From assembly GCA_965287045.1 (NCBI GenBank), contig OZ336888.1:10602001-10666000 (forward strand): DNA of 64,000 nucleotides, written 5' to 3'. The position numbers and the translations under genes are program-made. Of the stretch, positions 27,844-37,380 are shown one piece after another. Numbering within the stretch: the first letter of the stretch is position 1; every line of letters starts with the position of its first letter. Source of the stretch: Carcharhinus amblyrhynchos (Eukaryota). A model generated the notes under the pieces. The model saw only the letters and a list, made by a program, of their open reading frames with translations, was not told the origin of the DNA and ran no database searches.

Positions 27844-28489
27844 TCCACTAGGCCAATGCCTTCCCTGGTCATTTACCCACACAAACAATCTAGCTATCTT
27901 AATAATGCACTTTGAGTTAAAGCTCCCCACGATGGTACTGTGCTGGTTGAGTACTCAATGTCAGGAGGCATGCAGATCCTTGAGCTGTTTATCCCAGAGC
28001 TCAATCAAAGGGCAAATCAGTGGCTTGTCCTCTTCGGAAACAAACACTTTGCACCCTTAATGTTGGAAGAGTTTTGACTTCTTCCTGACTGTGAACAGTC
28101 AGAGATAAAGCTAAATGCACGCACTGTTGACTGTTTGCAAACAGAACTCCATGGGCATCCAAGCAAGAGAACGCTGTGAAATCCCAGCTCTGACCCAATA
28201 TTGGATGACGGTGAGTTGTTTAAATTACGACGCTCCACTAGAATGTTAACTCTCGTCTTTGTACCAACACAACTAAAGTTAATCAGCTAACCCTGAACAT
28301 ATCTTTGACTCTGTACATATCCACATAAAGCTGCTTATGATTGACACTCAACTTGGCGTCATTTAGTACCAACTCAGTCTAAGTATAAGATTGATAAAAT
28401 ACTCCAGTTCAGGCTCCCGGCAGATTCCATTGTTACAGTCCAGGTGCTCTGTACCACACAGAGATATAGGGCAATGCATAGCAACTCAA

Positions 28490-29480
28490 CAACAGCATAA
28501 TATTTCCAAGTTCAGGGATGACACAAAGCTAGCTGGGAATGTGCATCATAATGAAGTTGCAAAGAGGCTTCAAGGGGATTTGGACCAGATGGAAAATAAG
28601 TTAGAAAAATCAGAGATGATCCACTTTGGCAGACAGAACAAATGCGCAGAGAACTTCTTAAATGGTGTTTAGAAAGTGCAGATGTACTAAGGGATCTGGG
28701 TGTCCTCGTCAATAAGTTACTGAAAGCTAACGTGCAGGTGCAGCAAACTGTTAGAAAGGTAGATAGTATGTTACTCTTTATCACAGGAGGATTTCAGTAC
28801 AGGAGTAATGAAGATTTACTTCAATTGTATGGAACATTGGTTAGACTGCACCAAGAATACTGTGTACAGTTTTGATTCCCCCTACCTCAGGGAGGATATT
28901 ATTGCCATAGAGAAAGTGCAACGAAGGCTCACTAGACTTGTGCCTGGAATGACAGAACTGTCCTATAAGCAGAGATTGAGGAAACTGGGTCTGTATTCTC
29001 TAGAGTTTGGAAGAATAAGAGGTAATCTCATTGAAATCTACAAAATGCTTACAGGGCCAGAGAGGGAAGATGTTTCCCTTGGTTGAGGAGTTCTAAAATC
29101 AAGTGGAAAAATTTTAAAAAATGGAGGAAGCCACCTAGGACCAAAATGAGGAAAAAACTTTTAAAGTGTTCCGAATCTTTGGAATTCTCTGCCCAAGAGG
29201 GCTGCGGAACCTGAAACTAAATAAGAAGTCTCCCAACACCAGGTTAAAGTCCAACAGGTAAACCTGTTGGACTTTAACCTGGTGTTGGGAGACTTCTTAC
29301 TGTGTTTACCCCAGTCCAACGCCGGCATCTCCACATCATGAACCTGAAACTAAAACAGAGTGACAGATTTCTGGAAAGGGATACGGGAAAAGGGTGGGAA
29401 AAAGGACACTGAAGAGAACAATCAGCCTCGGTCGTATTGAATGGCAGAGCAGGCTGAACGGCCTACTCCGGCTTCTATGT
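28490..29480 (+). mobile_element. Decayed CR1 LINE 3' portion. Other CR1 fragments: ~1-590, 1380-1630, 4085-4300, 6760-7220, 8360-9380, 10630-11760, 22950-23750, 25350-25825, 30005-30275, 43310-43615, 46110-47250, 51965-52315, 53680-54110
   Basis: ISKFRDDTKL (RT FADD region), LRDLGVLV, YCVQF and EKVQRRLTRLVPG..LGLYSLE, with stops and frameshifts. Confidence 0.8.
29222..29339. mobile_element. Short family-A fold-back element inserted in a CR1 fragment
   Basis: Perfect 38-bp inverted arms with a 2-nt loop (29222-29299) plus tail. Perfect 15-bp TSD gaacctgaaactaaa at 29207-29221 and 29340-29354. Confidence 0.85.
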
Positions 29481-29750
29481 TCCGAACTCCCAGAAAAGGC
29501 AGTTGCTTATACCACTTGTGGAACGGATTGATGCTATTTCTTACACAAATGTACCGATGGCTTAACACACTTGCCGCCTGAAAAGGGGAGCGGTTCTCCA
29601 CAAAAATGATATCGTTGGAGCTCTCGAGAATTTTGGTGGAAAATTTCAAGCGTCACGCATCTGTAACTCTCAGCGCACCGCACTGAGGTGTTAACAATAG
29701 TCACGAAAATAGGGTTGCATTAACCCTCGTAGACCAAAAAAAACACTTAC

Positions 29751-29793
29751 TCGGATGTCTCTTTGTGGGAGCGCGATACGAGGAGGCAGACAT
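29751..29793 (-). CDS. ARHGEF39: Probable first coding segment of the ARHGEF39-like gene (MSASSYRAPTKRHP + 1 nt), within exon 29751-29843
   Basis: Strong acceptor (ttctttctttttctAG at 29845-29844) and donor CGA|GTAAGT. ATG at 29793 has A at -3 and an in-frame TGA upstream. The phase-1 end splices in frame to exon 2221 (A|CT = Thr). The link across 27.5 kb is inferred. Confidence 0.65.
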
Positions 29794-32700
29794 GATCGCA
29801 TGGAGATATTTTCCTGAACAATTTCCCGGTCAAGAAAAGAAACCTAGAAAAAGAAAGAATGAATCTCAATTAAAATCAGGGCTCATTTTCGCTCCTTTTT
29901 TCACAAATAGTGGAAGTTTAAAACACAAGGTCGCGTAAGAGATAATTGAGCACCGAAGGATATTCAGAAATACTCAAAGTTGTGTTTCGAGAAATAAGCT
30001 TTTAGGATATAGGAACAGAATTGGGCCATTCGGCCCATCGAGTCTGCTCCACCATTCGATCATGGCCAACGTTCTCCTCAACCCCATTCCCTGTCTTCTT
30101 CCCAAAACCCATTACCACTTAAAAGTCTGTCTAACGCCTCCTTAACTCACCTGTCCCAGCACCCACCGCACTTTGAGATAGGGAATTTCAGATTCACAAC
30201 CCTTTGAGGGTAGTAGTTTCTCCTCAACTCTGTTTTAAATTTGCTACCCCTTATCCTAAGACTGTGACTGCTTGTCATGTTAACAAGGGAGAAGTAAGTT
30301 ATAAAGATTTGAAACAAGGAGGGAGTTGGACAGGTTTTGGGGAGGGAACTGCAGAAAATTGGAGCCAAGACAGCTGAAGACACGGCCACCAAAGATGGAC
30401 AAAGGAAGTACAGAGCAAGGAAGGAATTCCCGAACATGGGGACCAAGTGGCCGAAAGCACAATCCTCAGTGGCGTATACTGGGGTGATCAGACACCAGCG
30501 AGGGGGAAATGAAGACTCGAGGTGTGGAGATTGTCAGCCTGGAGAAGGTGAGCGAGATAAGGAGGAGGGGCGAAATCCTAAAGGGATTTAAACATGAGGA
30601 TGGGGATTATGAACTTTGTGGTTTGGGGAATGATTGAAGTTGGCCAGCAAGGTCAGGGATGGAAGGTGAGTAGGCATAGTCAACAGTGAGCTGAGGTCAG
30701 CTGAAGATAGAGGATTCAAGCTTTGGTAGTGCCCAGTCCGGCGGCAATGAAAACATGAAAAAGAACATGCTATTCTTTAGCAATATAAAGGACAGCAGAA
30801 ACCCAACTTAAATATGCCTCTTAGCTGTTACTCATTACAGTACGTAAATGATACAAAATGTAAACAGGTCATTTTCTGCAATCAAATTGTGTTTATTTTC
30901 AATGCAACAAATAGTTCTAATCACATTACCCACTTGATTCCCGTGTACTTTCTATCCCTTTCCTTCACCTGCATTTCCAATCTTTAATATAGTTTCAGCC
31001 TCAGTCACAACCCCCTTAAGTAAATTTCACATCTCACAATTTACTATTCGAGGACATTTCCCTGCTGTATTCTTAAATATCTATGGGTCCATATGCTTAA
31101 CCATTTAATTACTAAAAAAAAAGCCCACCTTGTCCCATCTTTCAAACATTAGAAATATCTCTATCAGATGGGCCCCGTAATTTGTCTTAGTGTCACGTAA
31201 AGTGGCTCAATTTTTCCACTGTCATTGTTGCAAGTTTCCCTTCTGGGAATTGATCAACTTGGCATTCACCATCAGCCGTGCCCTTAGCACTGTGAAGCAC
31301 CTCAGTGTACATTTGATTATATTAAAGGTTTTGGTTGTTATGATAGCATAGTGGTTATTTACTGGACTAATGATCTGGAGACATGAGTTCAAATCGCACT
31401 GTGGAACCTGGGAAATTTAGATTCAATTAATTAAATAAATGCAGAATTGAAAGTTTGTAACAGTCATGGTGACTGTGAAACTACCAGATTATCACAAAAA
31501 CACATCCTGATGTTCTTTAAGGAAAGAAACCTGCCGTTCTTTTTTGGTCTGACCCACAGATGTGGAGTGAAGGCAGGTTCAATCAAGGGGTGGCAAGATG
31601 GCACAGTGGTTAGCAACTAGAAACAACTGCAGGGTCACAGGGATTGTGGTCAGTGCAGACTCAATGGGCCAAATGGCCTCCTTTTGGACTGTAGGGGTCT
31701 TTTAAGTCAAACCAAGTAGACAAACTCAAATTAAAAGACAAGAGAATAGCAGTAGGTTATAGCGCTCATTCAGAGAGCCAGTACAACACAAAGGCCTTCT
31801 TTGATAATCATGTTGTAATGGCCCAGAGTACAAATCTTTCTCTTTTCTGTTCCCACATGCCTACTCTGAGGATTTGTCTTTTAGCAACACCCATTGTCTT
31901 GCAATTTACTGTTAACATGAGGTTGTTTCCAACTCATTTGAAAAAGTTCAAGATGGCACCGGAGCGTGACAACTTCTTGCGAGTTGTCACCAGCATTCTA
32001 TCTTTTATTCTCGTTCACCATAAAAAGCATTCTTTCTGGTTGTGTCACAGTTTAGTTCCTACTCTGCCCAAGACCTACAAGAAACTACAAAGGGTTGTGA
32101 ACATCACCCATTCCATCATGCAAACCAGCCTCCCATCCATTGACTGTCTACATTTCCTGCTGCCTTGGAAAAGCAGCCAACATAATTAAGGACCCCACGT
32201 ACCCTGGAAAATTCTCTCTCCCACCACCTTCTCTCAGGAAAAAATAGAAGAGTCTGAGATCACATACCAATCAACTCAAGAACAGTTTCTTCCCTGCTAC
32301 CATCAGACTTTTAAATGGACCTATCATATGTTAAGCTGATCTTTCTTTGCACCCTATTTGTAACTGCCAACACTATATTCTGTACCCTCTTCTTTCTTTC
32401 TCCACTGTGTACTCTATGAAGTGTGCTTTGTCTGTATAGTGCGCAAGAAACAATATTTTTCCCAATGTATGTGACGATAACAAATGAAATCATTTGGCGT
32501 CATAATGACATTGTAGTATCATTGGACTAGTAGTGAGGAGGTGAATGCCAAGTACTGCAGATGCTGGAATCTGAAACAAAAACAGAAAAAGCTGGAAAAT
32601 TTCAGCAAATTTGACAGCATCTCTAGATACAAAATAGGGAAAATATTTCAAGTCTGGGTGACTCTCTCTCCACAGATGCTGTTAAACCTGCGATTTTCCA

Positions 32701-33177
32701 GCATTTTCTGTTCTAGTCAGGGGACACAGGTTGGAAACATAGGTTCAAACCACATCAAGCTGATGGAATTTACATTCAGTTAGTAAAACCTGGAATAGAA
32801 AATTAAATTCAGTAACGGTGACTGTGAAAGCATCTGTTCTTGTCAAACCAATCGAGCCCATAGACGCTCCCTTGGGTGGAAATCTGCCTTCCTTTCCCAG
32901 CCTGGTCTATCTGTGAGTCCAGACCCACAGCAATGTGGTTCACTAGTGACTGCCCCCTGGGACAGCTTAACAAGGACGATGAGGGATGGGCCACACACAT
33001 ATATTAGCCTGAATATGATGAAAGAACAAACAAAGATATTACCCTGAAACACACATGCCCATTCTCAACAAACTGCTCAGCTCAGGGACAGGGAGACTCG
33101 GTGCCTCAGGAGAACAACTCGGTTGTGGCTCAGAGTGGCGACCCTACCCTCTGTCTGAGTGAGAGAAGCCTCCCCAA

Positions 33178-33527
33178 CCCCCGGACACCAGAGACAGGCC
33201 GCCCCACTCCGGACACTGGGACTGGGACTGACCCTGACCCGCCGCCCCACTCCGGACACTGGGACTGACCCACCGCCCCACCCCGGACACTGGGACTGGG
33301 ACTGACCCGCCGCCCCACTCCGGACACTGGGACTGACCCGCCGCCCCACTCCGGACACTAGGACTGGGACTGACCCGCCGCCCCACTCCGGACACTGGGA
33401 CTGGGACTGACCCGCCGCCCCACTCCGGACACTGGGACTGGGACTGACCCGCCGCCCCACTCCGGACACTGGGACTGGGACTGACCCGCCGCCCCACTCC
33501 GGACACTGGGACTGACCCGCCGCCCCG
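33178..33527. repeat. GC-rich minisatellite, 31/37-bp unit gccgccccactccggacactggg(actggg)actgaccc, about 9.5 copies
   Basis: Tandem units are directly visible and differ by presence or absence of a 6-bp actggg module. Confidence 0.95.
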
Positions 33528-33539
33528 GTCATTTTTTAC

Positions 33540-33700
33540 CTTTTGCTGCCGCCACTTCCGCAATTTCAATTCAAATTCCCGCTTCCGGCTCCGCACGGCG
33601 CCTGATTGGCTCCCGAAATAAACCCACAGTGCACCGGGCTTGGGGGCGGGGCCAGCGCAAAGGGGCGGAGCCAGGGCTCTGGGGGCGGGGCGCAGGTGAA
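33540..33700 (-). promoter_or_regulatory. CpG-rich TATA-less promoter and probable non-coding exon 1 of the ARHGEF39-like gene
   Basis: Three GC boxes (33643-33651, 33662-33670, 33682-33691), a CCAAT box on minus (33605-33609), and two ETS cores CGGAAG on minus (33553-33560, 33582-33588). CpG density is high, and a candidate donor AAG|GTAAAA lies at 33540/33539. Confidence 0.7.
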
Positions 33701-33788
33701 GTTGCTGGGGTTTGTGTGGGGAGTGAGTGAGTGAGGGCAGACCGCCCTCCTCCATCTCCCCATCCCCTGGCCCCTGTCCTGTTTCACA

Positions 33789-33920
33789 GTAAGAAGTCTC
33801 ACAACACCGGGTTAAAATCCAACGGGTTCATTTGGAGCCAACGCCACTAGCTTTCGGGGCTTTTGCCCCTTCACCAGGTGAGTGGGGGAGTTCTGATCAC
33901 AAACAGGGCATTTAAAGGCT
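33789..33920 (-). mobile_element. Single arm of a family-A Penelope terminal repeat next to the promoter
   Basis: Begins gtaagaagtctcacaacacc. The minus strand carries ctggtgaaggggcaaaagccccgaaagctagtgg. Confidence 0.7.
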
Positions 33921-34269
33921 TTAAGTAAAGTGCTGTTTCATCAGTTTATAAAGCACCCTTTCTGCTGAATCTCCATTGTGGTGAAGATTGATTCTTGTCC
34001 TTAGAAGCGAATAACAAACTGGAAAAAAATTAAGCTTTATTTATTAGTGTCACAAGTAGGTTGATATTAACACTGCAATGAAGTTACTGTGAAAATCCCC
34101 TAGTCACGCTCCGGCACCTGTTCGAGTGCACCGAGGGAGAATTTAGTATGGCTGATGCACCTAACCAGCATGTCTTTCAGACGGTGGGGGGAAATTGGAG
34201 CACCTGGAGGAAACCCATGCAGACACGGGGAGAACATGCAACCTCTGCATAGACACTGACATCCTCGCT

Positions 34270-34850
34270 TCACCCTCCACCCCCCTCCCACACACACACA
34301 CATACACACACACACACACACACACAAAACCTCCACCAACAAACACCCTCCTCCCACACCACACTCCTCCTTACCCCACCCTGCACACACTCCTCCCTAC
34401 CCCACCCTGCACACACTCCTCCCTACCCCACCCTGCACACACTCCTCCCTACCCCACCCTGCACACACTCCTCCCTACCCCACCCTGCACACACACTCCT
34501 CCCTACCCCACCCTGCACACACACTCCTCCCTACCCCACCCTGCACACACTCTCCTCCCTACCCCACCACCCTGCACACACTCTCCTCCCTACCCCACCA
34601 CCCTACACGCACTGCCCCCCCGCCACCACCCTACACGCACTTCCCCCCCTCCACCACCCTGCACACACTCACTCACTCCCCCCCCACCTGCCCTTCACAC
34701 ACTCACTCCGCACCCACCCACCCACCCTGCAAACACTCACTCCGCACCCACCCCCCCCCGCCCCACACACAATCCCCCCTTGCACGTCGTCCTTGCACCG
34801 CCATCCCCTTCCCTACAGGGTCAGCAGCCATCCTCCATCCCTCTTCCCTC
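34270..34850. repeat. (CA)n microsatellite, then a C-rich ~25-27-bp minisatellite (cacactcctccctaccccaccctgca) and low-complexity C-rich sequence
   Basis: Directly visible. It explains the Pro/His/Thr-rich 225-aa ORF at 34195-34872. Confidence 0.9.
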
Positions 34851-36509
34851 CCCGGAATTGAATATTTGTTGAATAAAAACGTAGCTCTCGGTCAATCTGG
34901 AAATGAATCAACCAAATTCATAGTAAGTGCACCGCGTGTGGCTGAGCTTGGCTGATGGCAACGGAGTACAGCTGTTTTACTAAATGAAACAGATCTCTTT
35001 GGACCTTTGCAATGGACCCCTTCAAGAACTAATTACTGAACAAATGTAGAAGGGAACTAAAAATAACTGCTTGAAGGACAGAGGCAGGTATGTATGAACG
35101 TATCCAAAGTAATTCCCGACATAATTACCTACCCTTTGATATTTACACAGTATGATCTCTGATTAGATAACAGAGTTAAATTGCGTACGAGCCAAAGAGA
35201 GTGAAAACAGTGGGCCATAATAAATGTAATTAATAGGAGCCTCCCAATGTAAACAATAAACTGATATGTGTTTAAAGAATAATTCTAGGCTGTTGAATGC
35301 CTTTTAGTAATGAAAGTCATAAAGAAGGTTAACAAGTGCATCACTACCTTATTTTATTAAACACTTTTTGGTGGTCTTTGATTAAACCGCAAATGTTCGA
35401 AAATGAGCTTTTTTTTGGACACCAGGATTGCTGTCATATAGTTTAAAGCTTTAATTTGTCTTATTCAGTGTTATTGAAGAAATAGAAAAAATAAATCTGA
35501 CAACTTTGGGTATCTTGATGCTTCTGCTCCATATCGAATAGCTGATTGGATTTCTGTACTTTTGGTTTTTGTATGTGTCTGAAGATGTCATCTACTTAAG
35601 ATGGAAGATGAGTCAAGAGATCAGGAGATCTCTGCATCTGTACATCCTCAGCTGACAGGAACAGACTGACCCAGTGTTCTTTCCGCACCCAATCCTGTAC
35701 TATAGAATACCTGCAATGTAGAATGAGGCCATTCAGCCCATCGAATCTGCACCAACCACAATCCCACCCAGGCCCCATCCCCATAACACCATGCATTTAT
35801 TCTAGCTAGTCCTCCCCTGATACTCAGGGGCAGTTTAGCATTGCCAATCCACCTAACACGCACATCTTCGGATTGCGGGAGGAAACCGGAGCACCTGGAG
35901 GAAACCCACGCTGACGTGAGGAGAATGTGGAAACTCCACATGGGCGGTGACCCAAGCTGTGAATCGAACCCAGCTCCTTGATGCTGTGAAGCAGCAGTGC
36001 TAACCACTGTGCCACTGGTCTGCCCGTATATGTCACATTCTGGCTTAGTAAACCTTGTTGCACCATTAAAACCCATGCTTTTTTTAAATTGTCCCAGCCT
36101 GCATTGCGCTTGAGAAGTTGGTACCAAGCCTCCTTTCTTGAACTGCTGCAGTCCGAGTGCTCTAGACGCACTCATGTTGTACCACTGTTTTTGAGCTAGC
36201 GACAGTGGAGGAGCAACATTGTAATTCCAAATCAGAATGCTGTTTGACTTGGAGGGAAACTTACAAATGGTGGCATTTCTATGTGCCTACTGCCCTTGAG
36301 CTTCTAGGTGGTAGAGGTCACAGGTTTGGAAGTTGTTGTCAAAGGAGTTTTGAAAAGCTTCTGCAGTGCATCTTATAGATGTTGCACAGTTTTACCATTG
36401 GGCAACAACGGTGAAGAGAATGAATGTATAAGGTGGACACATTATCCATCAAATAGGCTGCTTTATCCTGGATGGTGCCAAGTTTCTTGAATGCTGTTGG
36501 AGCTGCACT

Positions 36510-37380
36510 TACGATGTGGAGACGCCAGCGTTGGACTGGGGTAAACACAGTGAGAATTCTCACAACACCAGGTTAAAGTCCAACAGTTTATTTGGTAGGA
36601 AACACCACTAGCTTTTGGAGCGCTGCTCCTTCATCAGGTGAGTTCTGTTCACAAACAGGGCATATAAAGACAAACTCAATTCACAGAGTAATGATTGGAA
36701 TGCGAGTCTTTACAGCTAATCAAGTCTTAAAGGTACAGACAATGTGAGTGGAGGGAGAATTAAGCACAAGTTAAAGAGATGTGTATTGTCTCCAGACAGG
36801 ACAGTAAGTGAGACTTGGCAAGTCGTGGGGGCTACAGATAGTGTAACATGAGCCCAAGATCCCGGTTGAAGCCGTCCTCGTGTGCGGAACTTGGCTATCA
36901 GTCTCTGCTCAGCGACTCTGTGCTGTCGTGTGTCGTGAAGGCTGCCCTGGAGAACACTTGCCCAAAGATCCAAGGCCGAATGCTTACCCGAATCAGAGGC
37001 TGAGCAGAGACTGATAGCCAAGTTCTGCACATGAGGATGGCCTCAACCAGGATCTTGTGTCCATGTCACACTATCTGTAACCCCCATGACTTGCCTGGAC
37101 TTGCAACATCTCACTAACTGTCCTGTCTGGAGACAATACACATCTCTTTAACCTGTGCTTAATGCTCTCTCCACTCACATTGTCTGTACCTTTAAGACTT
37201 GATTAGCTGTAAAGACTCGCATTCTAATCAATATTCTGTAAATTGAGTTTGCATCTTTATATGGGCTGTGTGTGAATAGAACTCCCACTCACCTGATGAA
37301 GGAGCAGTGCTCCGAAAGCTAGTGGCGTGTGCTACTAAATAAACCTGTTGAACTTCAACCTGGTGTTGTGAGACTTCTTA
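36510..37380. mobile_element. 5'-truncated Penelope-like retroelement with inverted pseudo-LTRs and a GIY-YIG endonuclease C-terminal remnant
   Basis: Inverted arms of ~400 bp. Minus-strand peptide SVLQGSLHDTRQHRVAEQRLIAKFRT and plus-strand AEQRLIAKF..HEDGLNQDLVSMSHYL* resemble the Penelope ORF C-terminus. TSD tggagctg(c/t)act at 36498-36509 and 37381-37392. It interrupts a CR1-like LINE. Confidence 0.85.
37289..37325 (+). ncRNA. Minimal type-I hammerhead ribozyme motif (intact core) in a Penelope pseudo-LTR
   Basis: UCAC-CUGAUGA-A-GGAGC(AGU)GCUCC-GAAA-GC-UA-GUGG contains both core boxes, a 5-bp stem II, stem I UCAC/GUGG and palindromic stem III AGCU. Predicted cleavage is after 37321. Confidence 0.7.

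Noticed and set aside
33178-33527. CRISPR-like appearance of 31-37 bp repeats
   Set aside because: There are no unique spacers or cas genes, and the context is eukaryotic. This is a tandem minisatellite.
33077-33755. Long minus-strand ORFs (151 and 203 aa)
   Set aside because: They are produced by the stop-free minisatellite; the peptide repeats simply rotate through the three frames.
34195-34872. 225-aa Pro/His/Thr-rich ORF
   Set aside because: It starts in a SINE and runs through (CA)n and a C-rich minisatellite.
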